A stretch of DNA of 64,000 nucleotides from Spirochaetia bacterium (lineage in GTDB: Bacteria > Spirochaetota > Spirochaetia > WTKD01 > G963693115), in assembly GCA_965226055.1 (NCBI GenBank), contig CBDDCA010000005.1, positions 320,001 to 384,000 of the forward strand, given 5' to 3'. Positions within the stretch are counted from its first letter, which is position 1. Every line of letters starts with the position of its first letter. The translations under genes and the position numbers were made by a program. Shown piece by piece: positions 28,353-39,939 of the stretch. The notes under the pieces were generated by a model. That model was not told the DNA's origin, searched no databases, and saw only the letters and a list, made by a program, of their open reading frames with translations.

Positions 28353-30296
28353 CTACTGTGATAGCAATGCTAAAAATTCATCTTCTGATATGATAGCCAC
28401 TCCCTTCTCTTTTGCATCTTTCATTTTTGATGAAGTACTTGTCTCACTATTGGTAACAAGGTAGCTGAGATCTTCACTTACCGTATTTTTTACTATACCG
28501 CCTTGTTTTTTCACTAAATCTTGTAGCTGCTTACGAGGTGCACTCAAAGTTCCTGTAAAACAAAATGACATATTACTGATTGCGGTTGTTACTACTGTTG
28601 GAGTTTCAATATTCACTATCTGTGCTACATCTATAATCTCTTCTTTTAGGTACTGCATTGCCTCAATAATATTTTTGGCAAGCACCGCTCCTATGTTTTC
28701 TATACTTTCTAGCTGTTCCACTGTTGCAGAAAACATATCATCAATACTATGAAAAATACCTGTACGCACTATACTTTCACTGGATAATAACGCTATGCCA
28801 TCTATCCCTAACGATGCAATAAAATGTGCAAGAGAAACACTTTTTTTACTATGCATAGCATTATACAGTTTTTCTGCAAGAGGCTTTGCTACACGATCCA
28901 ATTTCATAAGAGCATCAACAGAAAGTCGATACAAATCTCCTATTTTATGTACTAACGATTGTTTTAATACCAATGTATGTACAAGAGTATCTCCCCAGTA
29001 CGGTATTTCATGTATCTGTATCCAACGCTTAATACGAAATAAAAGCCTTTTTCTGCATTGTACATTAGGACAAAATACCGTAGTGCCATCACTTTGTATA
29101 GTTGCTCCACATACTTCGCATATCGTGGGTAAGGTAATATCCATAAGCCCTTCAGCATTATGCACTACCTTTTCCACCTTTGGAATAATCTCCCCACGTT
29201 TTGCTACCATAACCTCACTCCCAATTTTTAAGCCTAGCTCTTTTATATGATTAGGATGTACTAGGTTAGCACGTTTCACTATTGTACCAGCAAGTGGTAC
29301 AGGATCTAACAATGCAATAGGAGTGTACAGATGCCCCGAAGCACTCCATTCAACCCCTTTTAGTTTTGTTACTTGCTGTTCAAGGGGAAATTTATACGCA
29401 AGCTGTCTATCTGGCAAGAGGCTACTCATATCTATTTTACTGTACTCACACATCTTTATCACCAAGCCATCAATATCGTAGCCTATGTTTTCCCTTGTTT
29501 GTATTGTTGAAGTTCGTAAGCTATCAATAGATGCCTCATCTTCATACACCCAATACGGAACTACGATAAAGCCTAAAGCCTTCAATAGCTCCAGTTTATC
29601 CTTTTCATTTGATAAAGAATACTGAGTAACAGCTTCCCATTGTTTCTGCTCTTCATCACTAAACCAAATATCATAGCACATACACTGCAGCAACTCTACA
29701 TACACACCATTTTTTTTCTTCATAATGCCATTTGCAGCATTACGACAGTTTGCTTTTGTGTTCTCTGAAGAAGAAAAATGTTTCTTAAATACTTGATGCG
29801 TCATTATCACTTCACAGCGAACTGCACAAGTCATATCATAGGAAAGAGAACGGAGTACTCCTTGCATATTACGAGCATTCATCAAAATATCATCGCCAAT
29901 TTTCCCATCGCCACGAGATACTGCTGCACTGAGTGTTCCTTTCTCATACTGAAGCTCTAAACTTGCACCATCAAGTTTATACTCTACAACATAGTGTGAA
30001 CTTGGATGCTTTGCTACCCATGCCTTAAACTGATGAGAATCAGCTGCCTTTGATAAACTTCCCATTGGCATAATATGCTGTTTTTTAGGAAAAAATTCAC
30101 TGCTATCTTTTCCTACTTCTTTTAGTATCGCGTTGCTAGGATCAAGGCTACGCAATCTGTCCCACAAAGCGTCAAAATCACTATCAGAAATTTCTGAGAC
30201 TCCATTATAATACATCTCTTGATGTTTCTTTATCTGAACAACAAGAGTTTCAATCGTCTGTTGTTTCTCCTTATTTTGCTGTTTTTTGTCTTGCAT
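28353..30296 (-). CDS. ligA: NAD-dependent DNA ligase
   Basis: EYKLDG, SRGDGKIGDD, IDGLVIK, Cys4 zinc finger, HhH motifs and BRCT (FCFTGTL). Confidence 0.96.
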   Translation of the reverse strand: MQDKKQQNKEKQQTIETLVVQIKKHQEMYYNGVSEISDSDFDALWDRLRSLDPSNAILKEVGKDSSEFFPKKQHIMPMGSLSKAADSHQFKAWVAKHPSSHYVVEYKLDGASLELQYEKGTLSAAVSRGDGKIGDDILMNARNMQGVLRSLSYDMTCAVRCEVIMTHQVFKKHFSSSENTKANCRNAANGIMKKKNGVYVELLQCMCYDIWFSDEEQKQWEAVTQYSLSNEKDKLELLKALGFIVVPYWVYEDEASIDSLRTSTIQTRENIGYDIDGLVIKMCEYSKIDMSSLLPDRQLAYKFPLEQQVTKLKGVEWSASGHLYTPIALLDPVPLAGTIVKRANLVHPNHIKELGLKIGSEVMVAKRGEIIPKVEKVVHNAEGLMDITLPTICEVCGATIQSDGTTVFCPNVQCRKRLLFRIKRWIQIHEIPYWGDTLVHTLVLKQSLVHKIGDLYRLSVDALMKLDRVAKPLAEKLYNAMHSKKSVSLAHFIASLGIDGIALLSSESIVRTGIFHSIDDMFSATVEQLESIENIGAVLAKNIIEAMQYLKEEIIDVAQIVNIETPTVVTTAISNMSFCFTGTLSAPRKQLQDLVKKQGGIVKNTVSEDLSYLVTNSETSTSSKMKDAKEKGVAIISEDEFLALLSQ

Positions 30297-31179
30297 AGAG
30301 TGGGTGTATTTTCCTTCTTATATTTTCATAATCTTCCCCTGCATGATAACTAGAACGTACAAGAGGAGCCGAGTCACAATGCAAAAATCCCCGTGAGAGA
30401 GCTTCTTGTTTTAGCTCTTCAAATTCTTTTGGTGTCCAATATTTTTGTACTGGAAGATGTTGTTTTGTAGGCTGTAGATATTGTCCTAAATTGACTATTG
30501 AAACATGATGAGATCTCAGATCATCAAGTGTCTGCACAACTTCTTCTCTCGTCTCACCAAGCCCTAGCATAATACTTGATTTTACAGGAATATCGGGCGA
30601 CTTTGTATAGGAATACCCCAATACCTCAAGAGAACGCTGATAGGAAGAACGTGAACGTACAAGAGGAGTAAGACGTTCTACTGTTTCAACATTATGGCTC
30701 ATAATATTTGGAAAAGACTCAAGTACTACATCTATTGAAGCATATTTTCCCATAAAATCTGAAGTAAGCAGCTCAACGCTACATTGGGGGGCTCTTTTTC
30801 GTATAGCGTGTACTGTATTAGCTACTATTTTTGCTCCCCCATCAGGTAACTCATCTCTGTTTACCATTGTAATCACCACATGAGATAACTGAAGTGTTTT
30901 CACCGATTCTGCTACACGAATAGGCTCTAACTCATCTATACCTGATGGGAGGCCTGTTTTTACAGAACAAAAGCGACAACGACGGGTACAGGTATCCCCT
31001 AAAATCATAAATGTAGCGGTACCATGCTGTCCCCAGCACTCATGAATATTAGGGCAACGTGCTTCTTCACATACTGTATTAAGCCTCTTTCCTTTTACAA
31101 GTGATTTTATAAAATGAAAATTCTTATTAGTACCTAATCCTACTTTTAGCCAATCAGGTTTTTTTTGCAACTGCTTCAC
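30271..31179 (-). CDS. lipA: Lipoyl synthase (likely GTG start at 31179)
   Basis: KKPDWLK, CEEARCPNIHECW, CTRRCRFC, HNVETV, LVRSSYHA. Confidence 0.96.
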   Translation of the reverse strand: MKQLQKKPDWLKVGLGTNKNFHFIKSLVKGKRLNTVCEEARCPNIHECWGQHGTATFMILGDTCTRRCRFCSVKTGLPSGIDELEPIRVAESVKTLQLSHVVITMVNRDELPDGGAKIVANTVHAIRKRAPQCSVELLTSDFMGKYASIDVVLESFPNIMSHNVETVERLTPLVRSRSSYQRSLEVLGYSYTKSPDIPVKSSIMLGLGETREEVVQTLDDLRSHHVSIVNLGQYLQPTKQHLPVQKYWTPKEFEELKQEALSRGFLHCDSAPLVRSSYHAGEDYENIRRKIHPLYARQKTAK

Positions 31180-31204
31180 ATATATATTATAATAGATAAT
31201 TAAG

Positions 31205-32263
31205 ATGTTATACAAAGAACTTTTACCTAAAATTGAAGAAGCTCTTCAAAAGCTCCCTGAGCTTACTAAAAAAGCCTCTGATTCTGATTTAATCAAAAAT
31301 AAAAGTGAATACCGCAAGGTATTACAAGAATATACTCAGCTCAACGAATTACAATCAGTAAATCAAGAATACTTAAAAATAGAACAGGAACTACAAGAAG
31401 CACAACTTATTCAAAATGCTGGCGATGAAGAAATGGAAGCTCTTATTAAAGAGGAAATAATAACACTGGAACAAAAAAAAGAAATGCTTTTTACAAAAAT
31501 CCGTGAACTTGTCATACCCGTCAATCCCCTTGATAGCAAAGGAATTATTATAGAAATTCGTGCAGGCACAGGAGGAGAAGAAGCGGGGTTGTTTGTGGCA
31601 GATCTGTTTAGAATGTATTCACGGCATGCTGAAATTCTTAAATGGAAACTTGAAATTATTGATAGCAATCCTACAGGCATTGGTGGTTACAAAGAGATTG
31701 TATTTTCTATAAATAACTCAAGCTATGGAATATTTAAGTATGAAAGTGGAGTACATCGTGTACAACGTATTCCTAGCACCGAAAGCGGAGGGCGTATACA
31801 TACCTCTGCAGTGACAGTAGCAGTACTTCCAGAAGTAGAAGAAGCCGAAGTTATCATAAAAAACGAAGATTTACGCATAGATGTCTATCGTTCATCAGGT
31901 CCGGGCGGACAAAGTGTAAACACCACCGACTCAGCAGTGCGAATTACCCATCTACCTACAAATATTGTCGTAAGCTGTCAAGACGAGAAAAGTCAACACA
32001 AAAACAAAGAAAAAGCAATGCGCGTGTTACGTGCAAGAATAACAGCCTTTGAAGAAGAAAAGAAACAATCAGAAATTGCAGCAAAACGAAAACAACAAAT
32101 TGGATCAGGAGACAGAAGTGAACGCATACGTACCTATAACTATCCTCAAAACAGAGTTACTGATCATCGTATTAACCTTACACTCTATCAGCTTGATAGA
32201 ATGATGGAAGGAGATATACAAGAATTACTTACAAAGCTAAAAATAGAAATGCAGATAGAATAG
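31205..32263 (+). CDS. prfA: Peptide chain release factor 1
   Basis: [21 protein letters not shown] (PxT motif), [22 protein letters not shown]. Confidence 0.97.
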   Translation: MLYKELLPKIEEALQKLPELTKKASDSDLIKNKSEYRKVLQEYTQLNELQSVNQEYLKIEQELQEAQLIQNAGDEEMEALIKEEIITLEQKKEMLFTKIRELVIPVNPLDSKGIIIEIRAGTGGEEAGLFVADLFRMYSRHAEILKWKLEIIDSNPTGIGGYKEIVFSINNSSYGIFKYESGVHRVQRIPSTESGGRIHTSAVTVAVLPEVEEAEVIIKNEDLRIDVYRSSGPGGQSVNTTDSAVRITHLPTNIVVSCQDEKSQHKNKEKAMRVLRARITAFEEEKKQSEIAAKRKQQIGSGDRSERIRTYNYPQNRVTDHRINLTLYQLDRMMEGDIQELLTKLKIEMQIE

Positions 32264-32289
32264 TGTTTCTTATATGTTGGAGCTTGTAG

Positions 32290-33249
32290 TTGTATTTATC
32301 AACACTACAAAAAACAGTATTTACTTGTCTCTATGGCTCACAAGCACTACAGAGAGAATATGCTTTGAGTGAGCTTCCTTATGCAGATTGTATTGCACGC
32401 GAAGTACAAACTATACTGTGTTATGCACTGCACTGTGATATACGATACCTGCTCACTCATACTGATACATACATACACAAAAACAACAAAGAAACTGCAT
32501 TGAATATAAGCAATATACGTGCTACTGGATACCCCCTTGCATATGTATTAGGATACCGTTCTTTTTATGAACATACATTTATGGTAAACGAGCATGTTCT
32601 TATTCCTCGTCCTGAAACAGAATTACTTGTAGATCTATGTCTTATGTTGATACAAGATATGGCCTTACAGAAAAAAATACCTCACTGTCTCTTAGATTGT
32701 GGTACAGGTAGTGGTTGTATAGCACTTTCTCTTGCTGCTGCCCTACAGAAACAACATAATAGTACTTGGTATATTGCCATGAACGATATAGACACACAAG
32801 CGTTAGATGTAGCAAAAAATAATGCACACAACATACTAAAAGCCTCCAATGCCACAGACAATACATTACAGCAATATGATATTTCACCGTACGCATATCA
32901 AGACAGTTTGCTCACAAAAGTGCTACAGAAACAAGAACTAGCGTCTCATCCCCCTGGCATTATTGTAGCCAACCTTCCCTATGTGTGCCACCATGAACTA
33001 CCTTTTTCTTGCATACACAACGAACCAACTACAGCACTCAGTGATCATTCTATAGGGGGAATCAGCACCATACGACAGTTCATTACACAAGCCTCTTTGT
33101 TGGCCCACAACTGCATTATACTGCTTGAGTTTGATCCTCTACAAATTGATACCATTATGGCTTTGCTTGTATACAGTAATTTTACTTACATACAATATCA
33201 TAAAGATATACGCAGTCAACTACGTTTTATGAGTGCAAGAAACTTTTAA
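32290..33249 (+). CDS. prmC: Release-factor glutamine methyltransferase
   Basis: GYPLAYVLG, VLIPRPETELLV, LDCGTGSGCIA, ANLPY; follows prfA. Confidence 0.9.
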   Translation: MYLSTLQKTVFTCLYGSQALQREYALSELPYADCIAREVQTILCYALHCDIRYLLTHTDTYIHKNNKETALNISNIRATGYPLAYVLGYRSFYEHTFMVNEHVLIPRPETELLVDLCLMLIQDMALQKKIPHCLLDCGTGSGCIALSLAAALQKQHNSTWYIAMNDIDTQALDVAKNNAHNILKASNATDNTLQQYDISPYAYQDSLLTKVLQKQELASHPPGIIVANLPYVCHHELPFSCIHNEPTTALSDHSIGGISTIRQFITQASLLAHNCIILLEFDPLQIDTIMALLVYSNFTYIQYHKDIRSQLRFMSARNF

Positions 33250-33280
33250 TACATAGCACTCCTTATTGCTCTCTCTGGTT

Positions 33281-33315
33281 CTATAGCAAGAAAGAGCTAT
33301 CCTTTCTTGCTATAG
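33281..33315. terminator. Conserved 3' hairpin of the lipoprotein family
   Basis: CTATAGCAAGAAAG-AGCTATC-CTTTCTTGCTATAG. Confidence 0.7.
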
Positions 33316-33336
33316 GTATGCATTTCTATGCTACGA

Positions 33337-36300
33337 TTATGTACATGCTGGATTACCTTTAAAAATCTTTGGGTGCTTGTTTGTTTTACTTTCCATAGCT
33401 GAGCCTTTGAACTCAGTAGATGATATTTGACCGTGTGAACACAATTTCCATGATGATAAATCTTGATCAAAATTACTAGTATTTTTAAATATATCAAAAA
33501 GATTTATAACATTCTTTACATTCCATTTTCCTATATTTTGATTAAAAGCACTTGCGCCACTAAACATACCATTCATAATAGTAACTTTGCTCACTTCCCA
33601 GCTTCCTATGTCTTGATTAAAAGCACTTGCGCCATTAAACATATTGTCCATCTCAGTAACTTTGCTCACATCCCAACTTCCTATGTCTTGATTAAAAGCA
33701 GAAGCTCTACCAAACATAATACCCATATTAGTTACTTTACTCACATCCCAACTTCCTATGTCTTGATTAAAAACGCTTGCACGCAAAAACATAGAGCGCA
33801 TATTCTCTACATTACTGGTGTTCCACTGTGTTATGTCTCCATTAAAAGTACTATCGCTACTAAATAAACTAAGCATATCAGTAATAGCACTGGTGTCTAT
33901 CATGTTGAGGTTGGGGCTATTGGTGTTTTGTCTCCCTGCTCCTCTTTCTGCAGTGATAATATCTTGCAGTGCTTTCTTTGTCGTTGGTCTATAATAGCTA
34001 GCTACTTGTCCTGCTAGTTTCACCAGTCCTGTCTCTACATTGATAGTCGCAAGTGCCTTTTGTCCCGAGTATGCTCCTGCAGAAGTAATGGTACACTCCA
34101 CTACCTCGTAGTTATACTCAGTTATAGCAGTATCATGTATGTTTGATTTATTTGCTGTACCTCTTATTGTTACTGTATTGGTATTTTTTGCAAATGTTAC
34201 TGCTAAGCCTGTTTCTTCTTTGAGTGTGCTGTCATCTAATGTGCTTTCATCACAGGTAAAGGTAAGTCCACTAGGACTGATACTGGTAAGTACTCTCGTT
34301 GTATTTTGTGCGAGTGCTGTGCCTACTGTTGCTGATACCTTTGTGGCGTTTCCTATCGCTACTGCTGGGGTGCTGGCAGATACTGCTGTTGCTTCTGCTG
34401 ATACTTTTGTCTTTTTAAGGCTATTTACTGCTACTGCGGTAATATAGTATTTTGTATTCAATCGTAGATTGCTTATTGTATAGCTTGTTGCTCCTGTTGG
34501 CACATCGTCTTTTTCTGCTCCTTCTTGTGCATCGCTTGCTCCTTGTGCCTGTGTTTTTACTGTTGCTCCATCTATGTTTGTTTTTGAGGCTGCATAGTAT
34601 ACTATGTAATCTATTTGATTATCTCTTAAATCAGTTCCTTCTGCTGTCGTTCCTTTTACGGTTGGGGCTGTTATGGTAAGTACTATGGTTGCTCCTTGTG
34701 CATTTGCTTGTATGGTGGGCTTTCCTGGTGCGGCATAGGCTTCTTTTGCTATAAACTCCTTGCGTAGTCCTGTTGCTTCTTTGCTGGTATCGGTGCTATT
34801 TACTGCTTGCACTACTATTTCGTAAGTTGTGCCTACTGTCAATCCTGTCAGAGTGCTGTTGGTTGTGCCTGCTGCTACTGTTGTGGAGCTTCCTGCTGCT
34901 GTTTTTATTGCTGCTACGCTTTTTGCACTGCCACTTTTGGCTACTTTGTATACTTTGTACGATACTTGTGCTACTGTTAGAGTGTCTCCTTTGTTTGTTT
35001 TGTGGCTTGCATTGAGACTGGGAGCTGTCCACGATATTGTTGCATTGCCTCCGTCTACTCCCCCTACTTGTATGTTGCTTACTTCTGCGGGAGCTGTCGC
35101 CTGTGATGCGGTTGTTACAGTTGCCACTGTCGATACTGCTTTTTTGCTTGTGTCTGTTTTTACTGCTACTTCTACCACAAAATGATACTTTGTTGCTCCT
35201 TTTATTGCTACTACTGGTGCTGTTTCACTAGACAAACCTAAACTGGCAAGAGCAGAGACAGTGTATACTCCGCTACTTGCACTGCCTATGTTTACTTTTC
35301 TGCCTCTTTGTACTTCTGCTACTGTTGGTGTTGTGTCTTTCTGTAAGCCATACACTGTGTATACTAGCTCATCATTGCTTGTTACTGTTGTGCCATCTTT
35401 GTTTTTTGCTCCTGTTATTGTGCTTAACTGTGTGAGTACGAGCTTTATTGTTCCTGCTGTGTTTGTTGAGGGTGATACTACTAGCTTGCCTGTTAAGGAC
35501 GATGTAGGGGCTGTTGCTTTTGAGGTGGGGATAGTACTCAGTTCTAGTTTTTGTATCAGTGCAGGGTCCTTGCTTTGTGCTTTCTTTGTTGCATAGGGAT
35601 TGAGGCTGTTTATTGCTTCTATGCCTATGGTGTACACTGCTCCTTTTGTTCCTATAAATGTTCCTCGTAAGCTGCTGTTTCCTGCTATCTCTTGCGTTTG
35701 CACTCCTCCCATTGCTTTTATTTCCGCTATAGTTTTAGTACTCTGGTCTCCTGCTACTATGTATACTTTGTACTGTATTTGTGCTTGTGTGAGTTGTCTG
35801 TCATTGGGGGCTTTGTGCTTACTGGTAATTGTTCCTTTTTGAAATTCGTACTGTACGGTATCGCTTGTTTGTGTTGATGTTTCGATAAACAGAGTGAGAT
35901 TTTCTGGTGCTGGGGGGACAGTGGATACTGCATCATATACTGCTACTTTATCAGTGAGCGTTGTTGGGGGGCTTACTCTGTTATTCTCTACTGTGAGAAA
36001 GGTAAAGCTATAGCTTTTTGCATTTGCTTGCGTTGAGGATACTTCTATGCCATCTGCTATGCCAAAGCTAATGGTGGTTGCTGTGTTTGTTATACTTTTT
36101 TCTGCTATCAAGTTTGTGCCATCTAACATACGCAGAGTGTAGTATCTTCCTATGCCTGGAGCTTGCTTAAATGTTGCTTTTATTTGTATTGCTCCCGTTG
36201 TTGTAACTAGGGCAGGCTTGCTTTGAAAGAGATCTTCTGAGGGAGCTGTGAGTGAGTTGGGGGTGCTTATGTCTTTTGTTGCTTGGGTGCTTTTGTTTTC

Positions 36301-38038
36301 TGAGTAATCAAGCGTGAGTATTGTTACGGTATATGTTTTTCCTTGCGTGAGTTCTTCTACAGAGAGTGATATTGTGGGATAGGCTACTTTTTTCTCATTC
36401 AGTACTGTGGTGCTTGTGCCTTTCTCTGCTATGCTTATGCTGTATTCTTTTATGTCTTTGTTGTTGACTTTTGTTATATCGGGGGCTGTCCACGTTATCT
36501 GTGTGCCTACTTTTGCTGCTGATACAAAGGGATAGCTTGCTTGTATGCTTGTCACTGCATCGGGGGCGGTGTTATCTGCTACTGTATCTACTGTGGCAGT
36601 TGCTTCTGTTCCTTTGTTGCCTGCACTGTCCATTGATACTACTGCCACTGTATACTCGGTGGTAGCTTTGAGGCCTGGTATCTGCGTGTTGCGTACTGTT
36701 CTCTCTGTTATTGTCACTGTCTTTGCTGCTGTTGTGCTGTCCTTTTCTGTTGCTGTTATAGTCACTCCTGCATAGTCTCGTACATCAGGGGCTTGCCAGC
36801 CTACTACTAGGCTTGTTGCTCCTCCTACTACACTCACATTGCTTACAGGCTCTGTGCTTTTGTCTGTTGTTGCTTGTTCTTTTGACACTGCAGTGGAGTA
36901 CTTTCCGTTTTTAAAAACATACACTTCTACTTTGTACGTAAGCGTGCCATAGAGTTTTGTGAGTGCTATGCCGTCCTTTGCTACATACACAGTGGCGTAC
37001 TCTTGATTGTCTGCACTTGCAGAACTGAGTTTGGCTGTACTGCTATTGTTCACAGTTTCCTCTGCTACTACTGTATTTGTTGCTTTTGTTGTTACTCGTA
37101 CTAAGAGGCTTTTGTCCGTAAAGGTAACATTTCCCCACTTGATAAGCAGGCTCTCATCGGCTGGGCTATTGCTTTTATCGTTTGCTGTTACTGTAAGATC
37201 TGCCTCTGGCAGTGGCGTTACTGTTTGTGAAAGCTGTGATGCTTGCACGCCTGTCAATACTGTTGTAGGACTGCTTGTGTTGTCATTTCTGTCTTTGTAG
37301 CGTATTTCTACATCATAGGATATGCCTGCAAGCGTGGAGACATTTGGAAGTATAACTTCTCCTTGTTGTAGGTTCTGCACGGTAGCTTGTGCAAGCACTA
37401 TGCCACCAGTCGTGCTTTTTACCACTATCGTTGCTTCGGCTATATCTGTTTTGCCTGATGCAAGTCGCTCTTTGTCCCATGTTATCTTTATGCCATCCCC
37501 CGACTTCTCTACTCCTACCTGTGTCAATGTGTCTTGTGGTGCAGTAGTATCTATCAGTGTTGTAACAGAGCGTGTTGTTTTTGGTGATACTTCTGTGTCT
37601 TTTTGTGCCTCTATCTCTACAGTGTAGTCGGTGAGTGCTTGTAAGCCTTTGAGTTGGTACGATTGTCCTTGTTGAAAGAGTGTTTGATATTCTATTGCAG
37701 GAACACGCACCTGTATGGACTGTGCTGGCGTTGTTGATGTAGCTTTTACGACTACATGCGTGGCATCACTGGGAGCTTCCCAGCGTAAAGCAAGTGTCCC
37801 ATCGTTGCTTGCTACTTGTATCTGCACATTGGACACTGATGCGAGTGTCGGGGTTACTGGCGTTCCCCCTCCGCCTGATGAGGAACTGCTACTGCCCTCC
37901 GAACATCCTACAAGTACGAGGGTAGTCATTGCTAGCACTACTAGTATAGTTAGGTTTTGCTTATACAAGAGTGTACCCCCCCCCCCCCCCGATTTTTTTC
38001 ACGCTGTATAGCTCTTTACTTTTGTAGCTATCATTCAT
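33337..38038 (-). CDS. Large surface lipoprotein B (paralogue of A with a different LRR tip); frameshifted at G15 (about 1566 aa when in frame)
   Basis: AAGGAG 38046-38051, ATG 38038, G15, lipobox LVGC; near-identical to A over about 1200 aa, then a divergent DUF285 region. The track ORF begins at TTG 37968. Confidence 0.88.
37976..37990 (-). repeat. Poly-G tract (G15) in the signal-peptide coding region
   Basis: 15 C on the plus strand; G14 or G17 restores the frame. Confidence 0.92.
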
Positions 38039-38203
38039 AGAAATACTCCTTACTATTTGTTTTATTGTATATAGTATTATACACAATAGTTATTATAGCA
38101 CAAAATAGTATTTCATATATCTGCAAAGAAAATAATAACTTTTGAACTCACGTTATCTATCCAGTATTTACTTAAAATGTACAGAATATACTATACTATA
38201 AAT

Positions 38204-38695
38204 ATGGCTACAATTTCACATCATGGACAAGAAGTACATACAGTAGGCGAACTCCCTTCTGTAGGAACAAAAGCAAAAGATTTTGCCTTATTAGATGAGC
38301 AGCTACAAACTGCTACTTTAGAAACATTTGCTGGTCAGCGAAAAATACTTAACATTTTTCCCAGTATTGATACCTCTACCTGTGCTAGCAGTGTAAAAAC
38401 ATTTGAAGTAAAAATACCTGATAACACAGTAGTGCTTAACATAAGTAGAGATACTCCATTTGCACAAAAACGTTTCTGTCAATCCAATAGTATAGGCAAA
38501 GGCATTTCTTTAAGCGATATGTCACATACATTTGGAAACGATTATGCTCTTACCATCATTTCAGGAAAACTAAAAGATTTCTTATCACGTGCTGTTATTG
38601 TTCTTGATATTGATAATACAGTGCTATATACCGAACAAGTGGCAGAGATTACACAAGAACCAGAGTATGAGAAAGCAATAGAAGTTCTGAAATAA
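38204..38695 (+). CDS. tpx: Thiol peroxidase
   Basis: LNIFPSIDTSTCASSV, ISRDTPFAQKRFC, LSRAVIVLD; ATG 38204. Confidence 0.95.
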   Translation: MATISHHGQEVHTVGELPSVGTKAKDFALLDEQLQTATLETFAGQRKILNIFPSIDTSTCASSVKTFEVKIPDNTVVLNISRDTPFAQKRFCQSNSIGKGISLSDMSHTFGNDYALTIISGKLKDFLSRAVIVLDIDNTVLYTEQVAEITQEPEYEKAIEVLK

Positions 38696-38714
38696 TCACT
38701 TGTATATTTATATA

Positions 38715-39743
38715 CTATAATAATTTTATAACATTACTTATTGCTTCCTGATAACTTTCTAAAGGAGCTTTTTGTATTTGGGTTTTCCCATGTTGTAATA
38801 CATACAAACTGTTTTTTAAATCTGATATAGGAGTTGCTAATTCCGATGCTGTTATTGCTACTGCATGTGCATCAGGTACTTCTAGACTGATAATGCCTGC
38901 TTGTAATTTCATCTTATCTTTTAATGTATTTGTCCTAATTCTTATTTCTTCATACATAGCACCAAATGCTTTACTTGGTGCATTTCTGCTTGTTGTATAT
39001 CTATTTAGTAAGACTAAATGTATTGTTGGCACTTCTAAACCATTTGCTTTAGCTTTCGCAGAAAAATTAGTTTTTGAGTAAAGTTGTGATACACCAACTC
39101 CAAATAATAATTTTCCTATATTATCTATTGCTCTAGCAGAAGCCCCATCTGCAGTACAAGGAACAATTAATCTTTTAGATGCAATCACTGCTTGGGCTGT
39201 GTATGTAGCAAAACTTGGATTACAATCTATAAAGTAGGTTACATTATTAGTATATTTACTAGAAATACCTTCTTGTAAATCTATGATCCACTTATGGACA
39301 TTAGTCCACCTATCTTCTGGTAAGTCTACTGATGCTATTTGATTAATAGACTGAACTTGTAATTCCAAGGATGGATCCCCACTCACCAGTAAAAGATTAT
39401 CTGGCAGTTCTGTTATCCCTAAATCTTTCCTAACTTCAATTACATATTCAGACTCCGAACCTGTGTTTTTATCTGGGTTTGATAACCTTTTATCAAAGTA
39501 CCCCCCTATAGTCTTTCTGTTTTTGTTTTTATTCTCATCATGTTCATTTGCTAATAACTTAGATAGATTTTCATACCCTCTCCCATTTCCTCCTAATACA
39601 ATTTCACTAACATTTGCTTGTGGACACATATCAATTATACAAACTTGTTTATTGGGATTTTTCTTTGCATATTCGGTAGCAAGTACAAACGTTAGAAACG
39701 ATTTACCGACACCACCCTTATTATTCCAAATTGCATACTGCAT
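38715..39743 (-). CDS. Orphan ParA-family ATPase
   Basis: NNKGGVGKS, IDMCPQAN, FIDCNPS; AGGAGG upstream of ATG 39743; no parB nearby. Confidence 0.85.
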   Translation of the reverse strand: MQYAIWNNKGGVGKSFLTFVLATEYAKKNPNKQVCIIDMCPQANVSEIVLGGNGRGYENLSKLLANEHDENKNKNRKTIGGYFDKRLSNPDKNTGSESEYVIEVRKDLGITELPDNLLLVSGDPSLELQVQSINQIASVDLPEDRWTNVHKWIIDLQEGISSKYTNNVTYFIDCNPSFATYTAQAVIASKRLIVPCTADGASARAIDNIGKLLFGVGVSQLYSKTNFSAKAKANGLEVPTIHLVLLNRYTTSRNAPSKAFGAMYEEIRIRTNTLKDKMKLQAGIISLEVPDAHAVAITASELATPISDLKNSLYVLQHGKTQIQKAPLESYQEAISNVIKLL

Positions 39744-39939
39744 ACATATTCCTCCTAAGTTATAATATACATTATACCATATATAATATAATTTGTTATA
39801 CAATTATGTTATTTTCATCTTGTTATCATTTCACAATAATTTATTTAGCACAGCAAAATATATAAGTCCATACTAACTATCACAAACATTCCTATACATA
39901 TATCTCCTCCCATCTCTTACTATATGCTATACTATACAT

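Noticed and set aside
37968-38034. ATG 38034 in frame with gene B via TGA readthrough (genetic code 4)
   Set aside because: An in-frame TGA intervenes; TGA terminates apt and Trp is TGG in the conserved motifs checked; RBS spacing and homology with gene A favour ATG 38038.
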